Shown here piece by piece: positions 25,860-38,821 of a stretch of 64,000 nucleotides of DNA. Source of the stretch: Balanoglossus misakiensis (Eukaryota > Animalia > Hemichordata). The first letter of the stretch is position 1; each line of letters starts with the position of its first letter. The notes below the pieces were generated by a model. It was not told the origin of the DNA, did no database searches, and saw nothing but the letters and a program-made list of their open reading frames with translations. Location of the stretch: the NCBI GenBank assembly GCA_040954595.2, contig CM082579.2:2906345-2970344 (forward strand), in the 5' to 3' direction. Both the position numbers and the translations under genes were made by a program.

Positions 25860-26170
25860 GCACTTCAAAGGTCCGAGGCTTGTTCGGTGTTCTTTGTAGG
25901 CGTTTGCAAAAGGGGGTTTGAATGCAAGGGACGATTCACACACCTGGCAATGTCACTGAAACTGTACTTTGTGGTAGGGCCGGGGGGAGGAAAGTGAGAC
26001 TCATTTGCATAAAATTCCCTGCAAAGTGTGGCTACGCGATTGGGTGACGTCATGGAGGTCCCTCGTTGAAATTTAAATAAACAATCGTCAATCATGTCAC
26101 AAGGCAGCCACTGTCTGAACGCATATAGATCACTCACACCTCGGTGCTGCTCGTTAAAGTCAGATCTTGA
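25860..26170 (+). promoter_or_regulatory. Cdx: Putative Cdx proximal promoter
   Basis: Motifs within ~380 bp of the ATG: TCF/LEF-like CTTCAAAG (25863), octamer ATTTGCAT (26003-26010) overlapping CATAAAA, inverted CCAAT (26039-26043), CRE TGACGTCA (26045-26052), TATA-like TATAGA (26124) and Inr-like TCAGAT (~26160). Motif-level evidence only. Confidence 0.55.
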
Positions 26171-26240
26171 GAAGAATTATAGCCCGAAATATTCCATGGT
26201 AGAATATCTTGATCTGATACAGTAAGGATAACTTCACACC

Positions 26241-26676
26241 ATGTACCTAGAGCACTACCCCAACGAACCCACGGCGACAATGTACCGACATAACGTCACG
26301 GCGAACTATCAGTTGAACCCGTACAATTACGGCCAACAGTCGCAATATAGCAACGCCACGGCTGACTATGGACAATTTCAATTTCCAGGGGTGAACGCCG
26401 ACTCCTTCCAGCAGCAGGCCTCGTCATGGACGACCCCGTACTCCACAGCCACCCATCCCGAATGGGCGTACACGGCGGGCGCCGCGGTGCCCGGCCAAAT
26501 GAACACTCCCACCACGACAGCCGACTATGCAACCAACGGCACCACCTCGCCGACCGGCTCCGAGCCACCCGTGGTGGCATCGCCGACGTCGGTCATCATG
26601 ACCGGGCTGAGCCGTACGCAGAGGAACCCTTATGAGTGGATGAAGCCTGCAACATATCGAGCTAATCCAACGACAG
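26241..26676 (+). CDS. Cdx: Caudal-type ParaHox homeobox protein, exon 1
   Basis: ACCATG start. 145 codons rich in Y/Q/T/P/S, containing the Cdx-type hexapeptide PYEWMK. Ends ACAG|GTAAAT (phase 1) just before the [10 protein letters not shown] motif. Confidence 0.95.
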
Positions 26677-29600
26677 GTAAATGGTATCTTTTATTTTATT
26701 TTTATTATCGAGAATTATTACTTTAAAAGCCTAGAATGGTTTAATAGATGCTTAGTAATCAGGTAGTCAAATACTAGCTGCGTAAAATGCCGACTTCTGA
26801 CCCTCTTGTTAGCTTTATAGTAGAGTATTTCCTGCTAATGACACTTTACAGCAATCTTTTGTAGTTTCTAAATTATTTGCGATTATGACCACCAAATACA
26901 GGGTAATATTAGTGCTGGTATTAACTACAGGGCCCATATAAATGAGCTAAATGAGTCCATGTAATGCTAGATGGCTAAAGTTATTAAGATTACTACCCAC
27001 TGGTCGTATGTTGTTGTATTATCGAGTACGCCCGCTTCGTCACGCGTCACTCGCCGTCATCTCCCTCGAGCTCGGACTCGTCCGAGTATCAACGCCAGTT
27101 TACGGTGTGCATGTTATGTTACCCGGTGACTCGCGAGTGCAAGATCTGATTTCGGCTGGAATTTTGTCCCTTCTATAATTGAATGCGTCCGGTCTGTGGG
27201 TATTGGAGACCTGAGCTTGGACGTTCAATCAGTTCTGATCAGAAACAGTGATTATTGAATTGGTTATCGGGGAAAAGGGAACGAATCGTTTAGCTCAAAA
27301 TTTTTGTCCTAGTAGAAGTAGGACGTAGTATGTGGTGCAACAACTGCGTATTAGCGTGGCGTTTTCAGTTAGATGTGTTTTAATCCACCGCGGATAGTCT
27401 CAGGAAATTGCGTTTCTGGTGGCCCCGTGATAACATCGACCAAAACCCCGTGGGACTTCTGTTGGCAAGCATATTTCCTGCTCTGTGAACGTGCGGCTCA
27501 GTGATATCGACAAATACCGACAGACGTATCAAACAACACACGCAATACACATGACTCATCCCCGACAACAACAACAACGACAAATCAACACATTTTGTTT
27601 TGTTTTGGACGGAATTTCTCGCGGACAGCACCTCGTTAAATTCCACGTGAACCAGATGAGAGAATTTTGTAATGCGTTTTCTCAAAAAAGGGGCAAGTGG
27701 CCATTGTCAGATTCTTTCGTCATTCCCTTGTGAATTGGACAAGGGCCGGACATGCGATGCTTCTCTGTTTGTCGGTGTTTTTTGGTTCGGTAGTCATTGT
27801 TGTCAACGTTCGACTTGCCTCATCTGCAGCAATCGAAACTGAAGCTTATTATTTGAACGTCCAAGCACGGTTTCGTCCCTTCAAAACAAACGGAAACTTA
27901 AAATTGTTCTTTTCGGTTGGTATAGCTGCAACAATGCACGGTGTATCAACAGATCGAAACAATTCGCACAATTAAACCTGAGTACAATACAACCCATGCA
28001 TATCATATATACACCAAACCCTTGCAAACTTCCAAACACAGAGTTCCTTTCTGAAGATCTGTTATGCAGTATAGTGTCGCAATTATAAATGAGAAAGTTT
28101 AGGCTTCTTTTCAACCAAGAATAATGAAAAGTACCCCTACACCGAAAAACAACAACAAAACAATGTTACTATTCAGTTTCCCTCTTCTGAGGTTTTGTAT
28201 TTTCCCTCAGGAATATGAAAAATGAACAGTCCCCTGACAAAAAAATGGAGCATTGTTTTTTTAATTATTCTAGAAACGTAGACGGGGGTGCTTTACAACC
28301 CCGTATTTTTTCACTGCATGGCATACACATGTTTTGCAGATTTTGCTGTAAACTTTACCTCGTTTTTCGGCCACAGTCAGGACAACGTAGGGACAGGTTT
28401 ACGAGCCCTACGTGTTTTGGTTGTTGCTGCGACAGCGACAGCCTGTAAAACCATTGCTGCTCATAAAATGGACCATAATATCGCCCGATCGAGGGCTTTC
28501 ACTAATTTGTGCTTATGAAGTCTAATTGCGCCAAATGGCGGAGAATAAAGCGATTGAGAAAGCAAAGCTTTACTTTACTGCCGAGGTGATTGGGTTTTAT
28601 TTTAGTGTAGTATTTACTGGGAATTTTATTGCCCCAAATTGCTTACATGTAAACGGAGAGCAGTCATATACTGTACTACACACGCTCACAACCAGCATAC
28701 AGTTAATGCCGTCTTGGATTTTTTAACCTATTTATGACGGTGCTGTTGATGTATACATTTACTTAATGGAAAAATCAATAGATTATTGGCAATGAAATCT
28801 TGGTGAAGACGGGGAAATGATATTGTGAAAGAAATAACCGAGGTATACTTGAACACTTGGAAACGAAATTCTGCTGTAACAGTAAGTTTTTAATGCAATT
28901 TTGTTATAAACTGATTACATCTAACCCTCTTGCATTTGCGCAGCGAAAGCGTATTCAAGTTAGTGTGGATTTGTCGCTGGGAAAGTAAAATCCAGCTTCG
29001 CAAGAATGCCGGTCTCTTCCCTCTAACTTTTTCTTTGGGGCTGGGTGTGAAATCAGAATGAATCCTTGGTCCTGGGAGGTCTCTTACTGTATGTAAATTT
29101 GCGCCAACAATTTTGTTTCCATGATAGGAATGAATAATCAATTAGACGGACCCTTTATTGTCGATTGCAAATTCGGAACGAAAGGGGGACGATGCTTTCA
29201 ATTAACATGTGAACAACAGGTGAGAGCGTGGGTTGGCGGTGGCGGCGAGATTGAAAGTTTCAACGCTATGAAAGCGGGGCCGGGGCGTCCACCATTCATT
29301 AGGTACACATCGATAATTCTGCCATATACTTGACAGAATTTTTTATCCAAACAAAAAAAAGTGTCCTGTTAGCCCCATCTCGTGACGTAATATCAATTTG
29401 TATGTAAATTTATCTTGGCGAACTGTAGCGATGTGCGTAAATTTGTGAAACACTAGCGTGGAAGTTTTTTTGTTTTATATTAGTAACGCAAGTGCTATGT
29501 TAGGTAAATTTCATTACTAGTATAACCACCCCTCAAATATTTGACTAAATAGCAACAAAAGGTAATTGCGATGTTTCTCGGCTTGACAGCTGCAATTCCA

Positions 29601-32600
29601 CGTTTGTGCAGAAAGATAATTAAAAATCGGTATTAATTATATATCTTAAGTTTGCTGTGTTTTAGCGTTGTCGATTTCAATGGCGGAAACAATCACGCGT
29701 GCGAATTGGTTTTGCTTACAGGAAATTTTGCATTGAAACAAAAACGGTTTGATTTCACTCGACAGAAATAACCGCGAACTACAGCTCCCACAGTTCTTCT
29801 CAATGCTTGTTCACCTGTGTTAGAAAGTTTCCGTTCCGCTCGACACACGGACCGGTTAAGAGCCAGCAGCTAAGACCACAGCAACAAGAAAATCAACGAT
29901 CAGTTGTAAACTGTGCAGCTGCTGTGGACACATCTAGAAAACCCCTCTACTATAGTTTCTTAGACATTGCAGTTTATAAGAGTAGAATTAGTAGAATATG
30001 TGTTTGACATATTTTGAAAGGCTGTCGCGCCGAAGATCCCCACATTTGCCGAGTTGTCGAATTCCAGCGAATTCAACTACATGTATGTACATATTGTGAG
30101 GGGAGAAACTAAGCTTATACAGAGTGAAATTTAACACTCACACCTGTGTGATCTCGAAAAAAACCCCGAGGCATCCAAGTTATTTTGACATTATACCGAC
30201 TTGCGTTTTCGTACTATAATCAGTCGAATTCACTTTTGAAAGGACGAAGAAAACGTTGGTAGGAATACAACAGATCATATCGTAAAAGTAACATGTTTCT
30301 CCAAACGTGAAAATGCTTGAAGCATGCTGTTGTGAGTGAGCGCCATCTTGAATTTTTCGCCCTACATTTCCCTGCACATTCTTAATTTTTTTCGTCGTTT
30401 ATCTGTGTACACTTTCGTCAGAGCAGTCACATTTACTTCTGTTTTGACTTCAGAGTAAATAGTGCAACTGATGACTTCGGAGTCGTTTCTATGGCAACAT
30501 TTCAAGACAACCTCAGCAGTTTTATGGCGCGATGAGAATATATGACTAGATCATAAACAGGAGAAGGCGATGTTATAAACGAAAGGATTAAAGATGGCCA
30601 TGTGTTATGGATATTATTGTGTGTTATGGATATGGGTGCATGAATTGTCCATCAATGTGTGTATGTGTCTGTTTTCTGTCTTTGTGACTGTTGTCACGTA
30701 TGATTCGCCAGAAACCCGAAAGTCCATACTAGCTTCAGTTGTATGCCCCTTTTCGTTGACATCGGTACAACGATATGGACACTTTGCGTCACATGGTAAC
30801 CTCAAACCATATTAAACATGTAAACAAGAATGACATATTTCCAAAGGACCGAAATCATATGGTTGAGTTTTGAATGTAATATGCTTTCCTTATTTCAAGC
30901 ACCCCTTTTGTGAGGAACGAAGGAAATATTTGTGGGTCGGTTTGACTCACCGGTGGCATAGGTCACGTGAACACACGAATTCTCGAAATCGCGCCAAAAC
31001 CGATCTTCCGAATGGAGATTTGAAAAATAAACGCTGTGCAACGAAAACCACATGATCTGGAACTATACTATACTACAGAATATTAAGGGACATTCACTGG
31101 TATACCTGGCAACGGGATTATAAAGACTTCGTTGTATTCGTCGAGAAGACCTTCAAGTTGGTCGTTAATGTTTGGTCGTTCAGTTTCTTGTGGCGCGTGC
31201 AGGTCAGAATCTCAGACCCATGGTGAAAAATTAAATGATTTTATGACTGATAATAAAACGTAATTGGTTTAAATAGTCAGACGGGCAAGAAAGTTTTGAA
31301 TGCGATCACTGGCTTTTTGAAGTTTGTCTGGGAAATAAATTGCGGAAATTTAACTTTACGAGAGTTGTAAAGTCAAGTCATAAAACAAAGCATAGGGCCG
31401 GTCTGCGGCGTTGGCATTTATCGCAGTACCTGCAGCGGCATAGTGTTGAAAACACCGGGAAAAAAAATCCTTGCCTCCGAGGAGCGAGATTAGAAATGAT
31501 CGCTGCCATGAAATCGATAGTTTGGAATTTGGGACCAGGTCCTTGCGGGGACGAGAGAAGCTCATTTCGCTGCCTGGATAGGTGAAATCGGAACGAGTAC
31601 AAGTACGCCCGACGATCTGCGGTCATCAAGTGAGTGAGCAGCCATAACAATCCACAGAAGAAATCCCCACTGCTTCGAAGTCAGTAAAGGTAAACGGTGT
31701 CCCCTACGATCCATTTTCGATTCACTTTTAACAGCGAACATTTTGGCTATGTAATATAGACACTGTCACCAAGGCGTCTGGAAAGTCATTTGGTTATTTC
31801 AAGTTGGAGACAAATTTTGACCAACAGAAAAAAGTGATCAAAATCGCGATTAGATCAGAAGATACGGCTCTTGTGCTCGCTCTCTCGCCCAGGCCACTGT
31901 GCCCAGGCTGAGCTTACATCATCGGGGGTACGCGGCGCGTGTTTTGTTGTCGTTGAACAGGGCAAGGAAACCGTAATCAATCCCTCCCCAAGTCTACTAG
32001 AATATCAATTTAAAGTTGTTGGTTTTTCAGGGCGAGATTTAAATGCATTACTTTTTAATTTACCTATTCTCAAATTATGACACAACCCCATTCAACCGAC
32101 CCGACATCTCGAAAGAGTGCCAAGGAAAAAAACCGCAAAACGACAACAAGGGAAAGTCGTTTCTTACTGCACCATGTGAGATCCAAAATGAAGAAAGCAC
32201 TGTTAAACGATTTCCACTATATATGAGGCAATTATTTTACTCAAAAATGTGAACAAAACTTGAAGAAAACGACATTCATTGGCCATGCTCGATTGAAGCT
32301 GAAATTACCGACATCGTACAAAAGACAGCCACGTATTACCTCAAATGCAGTTCCACAGTCACACGGAGACGCGCTCCTTCAGGACGGCTCCAAAATTCCA
32401 CGCGGCGTCCTCGAAAACATCCACCACGACTTCACAAGTCCCTTCGGCAGTTTCAATCTTCAGCTACCACAGTCGACAGGCAAACTCCGTACGGTGGGCT
32501 CCCAAAACTCCTCCAAGGCGACGGCACAGCTACCAGACCAGAATCAAAACGAGCCACACGACAACGTGGCACTGTGTGGTTTTTACACGACCAAAAACTA

Positions 32601-35600
32601 ACACCTGGTCGCGCTAATATGTTAAATAAAGAAATAAACATAGGTGCACCTGGCCACGAAAACAATAGAAAAACTTCTCCTACGTAACACATCCAAATGG
32701 AAACGAATTTACTTTTTATCAGGGATGGTCAGAAAACGGTTCTTAATTTTTTGCATTCCTTGGCATTCCAGGTTGAATACATGTGTTCATGTGTATCGCA
32801 ATGAATTTCGAATCACTATGAAAATCATTTATTGTCTTTCTTTTTATTTAGTCGCTGGCTTGGCAAGTCACTATAAATGACAGGATTTTACCTCCAAACT
32901 ATAGAGGGGACGATATGTTTCTGCAAAACACAACAAATCGCTTGTTCGCGAGAAAAAAAAGATTTCTGTCGAGAAGACTTAGTCAGCAGCATTTTGTCAA
33001 ACACAACACAATATTTCGACAGCTTTTGCTTTGCGAAAATGTCACAAGGTATCTCTCTCCCCCAAGTCATGTTTTGTCATGTGGTCAAGAATAGTGTGTG
33101 TGTTTTTCGAGGATTTCTTGAACGTGAATATCGACGTGAAAAGAATTGTGGTCTGTGCGGGCTTTGAAGCGCATGTCGGGATTGACTTCAAATCGCACTT
33201 TTCATTAAGTGTGGTGTTTTCTTGACTGTATTGTCTTTTATCAGACATGAAATTAATGAACACATGAAAATGCGACAGCGAGAATTGATAGTTCTCGTGT
33301 GCATTTGGACATAGAGCGGGAAAACATGACTCGCTGTTATGTTTGGGTCACAGACAGTATCAACTCTCATTTTATGGCCATTTTTACTGTCGCTCTCATA
33401 GCAATGTTATGAAATCATCATTCAACGTTTTGTTAGTTTTATTGGCGATACTAAAGCTGAGTTTATTAGATTGTAACTTTTCTCACAACCGGCGCGAACT
33501 TTCTATTCAAGTATTCGAGTGACATATTGCGAAATGAGACTTCACAACCAGTGAACTTCCGAGGAGTAATCTGTGAACATTGTGTGTGTAAATGTAACAG
33601 TGATGTAGCATTTAGTCCTATTTTAATAACTTCTACCGACGGAAAGGGGACTCGGCAAGGATTTTGTACTGAAATGAGAACGAAAGTAAATGCTTACAAA
33701 GAACAGGATCTAGGCTGGCATTGACATGGCGCCGGCAACATCTCGAGGATTTGACCGTTACTCGAACTGAATGATTTTCCGCCAAAAACACAAAGCGTTT
33801 TTTGCATTGGTTGCTTCAAAGACTATAATATAATTTACTACAGACCGAACATATGCATTATGTAGTATTTCAAATTTCACGTCATAAATCGTTGAATCAG
33901 GTAAAAACGTTATTTTCACGAGGGAGAAAGAAGACATGTGTGACGAAAAATCCACTCTATACAGCCGCTTGAGTCGAAGCGCGAATAATAAGGCGAAAGG
34001 ACATGGAAGGCGTTTGATTTTTCAGTAAATTTGAGACTGTTCGGTTCGTTATTCAGCTTGATTTAAAATGGAATAAAATAGCCCGCTGAACATGTTGATA
34101 TTGTGATGGGTTAGGGAGGTTAGATTTGGAATGGTCCTGGAAAGAATTCTGTCACAAACAATCAATATTCCCGAGCGATGTCAGTAACTTGCACCGTCGA
34201 ATTCGATGCATGATTTGCAGGTCGGCATTTCAACAATATTGCTCTAATATTCGGAAACTAAAAATTCATACTGGTAGTTGGTCGGGTTATACTGCATTTG
34301 CTCAGAATTGTTAATAATACATACACTTCCCAAGACGTTACTTCAATTTACCAGTTCAGCGCGACAGCAAAAACAGAGACGTAAAACAAGATGGCGGCAA
34401 AACAGTGAAAGCTGCCTCGGCCCAGGTTTACAACTGATTCAGAAACTGTCGGGTTGAGTCGGTCATTCTGGTCAAGTGTTCGAAGTGGCTTGGTTGTAAA
34501 AACTATTCAATTTTTATGACAGCAAATACAAGCGACGATCGCTGGCAAGCTTTCATATGTCAAGCGTCTAAGGTTGTACTCTTTTAATATTACTTCGAAT
34601 GACTCAGGATTGATTTATATCTGGTGCCTGTGTTTTAGGATGAATAGAGCGAGACTCAAGCGAACTTTCTCCGCACCTCTCCCTTACACTCAATGCTCGG
34701 TCTTTGGTTACTCACATTTTCCAAAAATCGATTTGTTGCTCTGAAAGTTAGAACTGAAAGGTAATCTCCGCACATAAGTATTTCATTGTTGCTGTCTCTC
34801 CATTATGTACCTTAAAAGTTAGCAATTTTCGAACGGGATTTGAGATTTCGTTTTACCTGCCTGGGACTTTGTTGTGAAATGAATCTTAGCACAGACACCG
34901 GGCATTTCTCCTTGTATGTGCATGGCGTTATATCGCGTGTGTGCTGCTGTTTTCTCTGCCCCGGGAACATTAGTCTGTTATCCGCGTCGGATAGTTTGTT
35001 CTAGTCTGAAATAGATCTGTGAAACATTCTGTCTTTTTAGTTATGTCCATCTATCTATGACTTTGCCAGATGATGGATTGGTTTGTCTGTCGGATAGGGA
35101 CAGTACAGCTTCGGGTTTAACGAAATAGACTGTATGTCTGCCTATCGTGGCCGAGTCGGAGTCTACAACCCTAAGGCATGGTCCACCATTGTAAGAACGC
35201 ATGTCCCAGAATACCTCACCAAAAATTTCTCACTTTCACTTCACACATTGAAGAATGCAAGTATAAGTTGTTGTTTTTTGAACTTTGTAAGGAGTTTGTG
35301 AGCAGAACTGTAATGGCTGGCGAGTCTGCTCAGTTCAGAAAGTTGAATGCCTCAGTTGAATTTCTGACATGCACTGAAAGTGACCAATAGTAAAAAGGAG
35401 TTGCCTGTGCCCCTTTAAGCTTGTATTTCGGTGGACCTATAGTACAAGAAAGTTCGTGATCCAAAATCTGACCGAGCTGGCAATGTCAGACGTGGTCAAT
35501 GTGACCGGTGTTTTGGGTGGCGTGACAAATGACCACCCATAAGCCCTATTTGGATGTTTGAGGCTTTTTGGGAGCCCAGCCAATGCGCGGAATGCTGATA

Positions 35601-38405
35601 AATTGCAGACTCACTCAAGAGAATAAAAGACAATCTCGTGAGATTTTGATATCGCTCAAGTGATGGGTCTAGTACGTTGCTGATTAGACTGATAAAGCAT
35701 GTGTAAAGTGTACCGAGCTTTTTTGGGGGTGATGGAGGAAAGAAAAAACGAACACACAACCGCACACGACAGCCGGCGGAAAGAGCAAAATAAACAATCC
35801 GAAACAGGGTTCATTTCATTCTAGCAAAACCATTAACCTTCCGCTCCAGTGATCAATTACGACCATCATAAATTTCGTTAAAACGTCAAATGAAAATCAA
35901 ATTTGAGGAGGCGCTGTAGCAGGTGTAAGGTCAAAATTAAAATAAAATGCAATAATGGATTGGTTGGTTTGAATGCATCATCTATTCAGCTGGAAATCCT
36001 GCTAATGTGCAATGTTGTGAACACAACCGCGACCCACCTTCCACGTTGATTTAAAGTAGTCCTCGCCTCGCGTATTTATAGAGAAAATGACAGTCATAAC
36101 CTTCCAATTTATTGCTAAATGAAAATGTGTGGTTTGCTGAGATGAATTAAAATGTGTGAGTCTTTTTGAAAACAAAGAAGAAATTGGAGTGTTTTCATAA
36201 GAATTACTACACACACTTTAATTTTACTTCACATACATGTACTTAGCACAGAGATTGGCGGTCATTTTGAATTTCCAAATTCATTTTTTGCACGGTGACC
36301 ACCCACTTTTTATTCTCAATTTTAAGAGAGAATAATTTTAATTTGCCTTGAGCAAAATATGAGAAGAAGCTCAACACTTTGATTTTCGAGGTGAACACTA
36401 CTTACATCACAATTTATTCGTTGTTGAAATTGAGACTAGCAAAAACAGTTATCCACCCCCACCCCTACAGGTACTACACACAATGCCAGCAAATCACAGT
36501 ACAGTGCACACTTTCTTGCCCAATCAAACAATCCCTGTGTCGTTGAAAAAGTGGTCTGATCGCCGGCCTATAATTTCTAGTTTAGGAGTTAACTTTACCT
36601 TCCATTTTTGGTAATCGGGCTGTCTGCCAAAGTACGCGGTGACTCCTGTCGAGTCCTGTTTATTTGTTAGTTTTTCTTGTCCTTTTTTGAGGGGGGTTGA
36701 GTTCACACTGTGTTGCTTTTTTTAAATACATAGCGTGACCCCCTTAGAGGCTGTTGACTTATGTGTGTCTCCCGTCTAATCAGTGAGATCTAATAAATGT
36801 AATAATTTGTCAAAAACTCCCTTCTAGGTCTTGGTACTCTGAGCAACTCCACCAATTACGATGACAAATCGCGTGAGTACCAAACATCTATATATCTCTT
36901 ACTTACTCTTCAGACTTCATCCCAGAGTTAGAGAGTTCACACAACACCACACCACTGTTCAGTGTCCGTAGTTTGTCCTCATAGAAAGCACCTCTCATGG
37001 TTAAACCGTTAGTGTCAATAAAAGATGCACCATGCACTTCGTCTGTCTACACCCCACACCACACACCGCACCATTCCACGGTCCGGGTTTAACCCGAGAT
37101 GGTCTGTCACCGTCGCATAGGAAACACCACATTTCACTGTTAAAACACGTCTCCACAATGCACACCTGTTGGCACGAACGTAGCACGCCGAGACTGGGCC
37201 GCGCGCTCTAACAATAATTTGAACAGGGCCCATCTCGGAGCGGATTTCGCATCTGAATTGCACACACACAAAAAGACAGAAATCCAATTTCGTTAAGAGA
37301 AAAACTAATCTTAATTCTCCATGTCATACTATTGGGTATCTGTGTGTGCATACGATACCAAATCAAATTAATGTCTGGGGGAATTGCAATCGGACGAGCG
37401 AAAAAGCCTCAATCAAGACATTCAAGATTGGTGAGATTGTGTCAAAGGTCAGAGTTGCAACACCACACACCGTCTTGATTATGTCCAAGACACCAATTCT
37501 GTAATAACCAAGACTTATACACTGACCAAAATCCCTCCTTTCGTCTTAATGTCCAATATGCGACTCAATTCTACGGGTTCCTTCGCAAGTATTTATTTGG
37601 TAGGTGGGTGTCAAAACATGCCATGTTAGTACTCCACATTGTTCGCCATATATTGACCTCAATTCATTAGAAGCATCTTGTCTTTCCGTTCATTATTTTG
37701 TATGATATGAGTTAAGCTTTCCGTTATCGTATCAGGATTCCATGCAATCACAGCAGCTCTAATAGACTAGGATCAAAACCGATGGCCAGTGAACTCACAC
37801 GCTAATCAGAAAAAGCCAGCAGCGTGGAGAAGCACCAGGCAGTTGATTACATTTTGCGTTCTTCTGGCGTAAAACCATACATAAAAATACCAAACCATTT
37901 CATTTTGTCCTATAATGAACATCTGGTCATTTGCTGGGCCACTTCTAGATCACAATATGTCCGTATCAGAGCGCGCGCGGCTTTTTTGGCCCGATAAATG
38001 TTTTATGTAATAGTAAGTGTTGACATTCTATGATCTGTATGTTTCCACTGCACAAATATCGTCCGTCTGTGTGTCCTTACAGTAACCAATATATAGTTTG
38101 TTCCATTTCCACAAACATATGTGTCAATCACCAACTGTATACCATGCACAAATATCAAGGTTTCATTTGGAAATGAACGCGATAGAACTTGAAATAATGG
38201 AGGATACAAGTGATAGAATTTGGAGCAATCTGATCTGTAATCCCGCCTATTGGTTATTTTGAAAGACCATACGTGAGCTATTCCGTTCTACATTCTTGTG
38301 GCGGCATCTACATTCCTACTACGTTACGTTTTGGTCTTCCCGACCCTGTTATGAATAAAATTGGGAACTCGTGATTAATCAAAAGAAATTAAATTTTCTT
38401 CTCAG
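26677..38405 (+). other. Cdx: Cdx intron (11,729 bp, GT-AG, phase 1)
   Basis: Donor GTAAAT and acceptor ttttcttctcag. The joined CDS is 852 nt, i.e. 283 aa plus stop. Confidence 0.92.
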
Positions 38406-38821
38406 GAAAGACGCGCACAAAGGATAAGTACAGAGTCGTCTACACCGACCACCAGCGACTGGAGCTCGAGAAAGAATTCCACTACAGCCGGTACATAACC
38501 ATCCGCAGGAAGGCCGAACTGGCGCTCGCGCTGGGCCTCTCCGAACGACAGGTGAAAATCTGGTTCCAGAATCGCCGCGCCAAAGAGCGAAAACAGAACA
38601 AGAAGAGAGTCCTAACCCAGCAGCAACAACCGCAGCAACAACAACAACAACAGCAGCAACCTAACCAACCGCAACCACCACAACAGCAGCAACTAGACTC
38701 TCACCAGAACTCCACACACCACCATTCACATCCGCAGCAGCCGCCGTCGTCGCTTATAAAACAAGAAGGTGGCCAATCTCAGTCCTCGAGATCACCGATA
38801 ACCAATGAAAAGCAATCGTAA
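38406..38821 (+). CDS. Cdx: Cdx exon 2: homeodomain plus Q/H-rich tail
   Basis: [67 protein letters not shown] is a diagnostic Cdx/caudal homeodomain. The ORF track catches only the 3' part, from 38552. Confidence 0.99.
38618..38692 (+). repeat. Cdx: CAG/CAA poly-glutamine coding repeat in Cdx
   Basis: Encodes [25 protein letters not shown]. Confidence 0.9.

Noticed and set aside
26677-26726. C-terminal KWYLLFYFYYRELLL of the 161-aa ORF
   Set aside because: Read-through past the GTAAAT splice donor into the Cdx intron.
32260-32617. Overlapping 113-aa and 90-aa ORFs in a C-rich patch of the Cdx intron (possible extra exon or nested gene)
   Set aside because: No recognisable domain and no convincing splice pair. 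Cdx exons 1 and 2 already join with the expected short hexapeptide-homeodomain linker.
37439-37451. Nuclear-receptor DR1-like GTGTCAAAGGTCA in the Cdx intron
   Set aside because: Isolated imperfect site with no supporting context, and no convincing DR5 retinoic-acid element was seen by eye.
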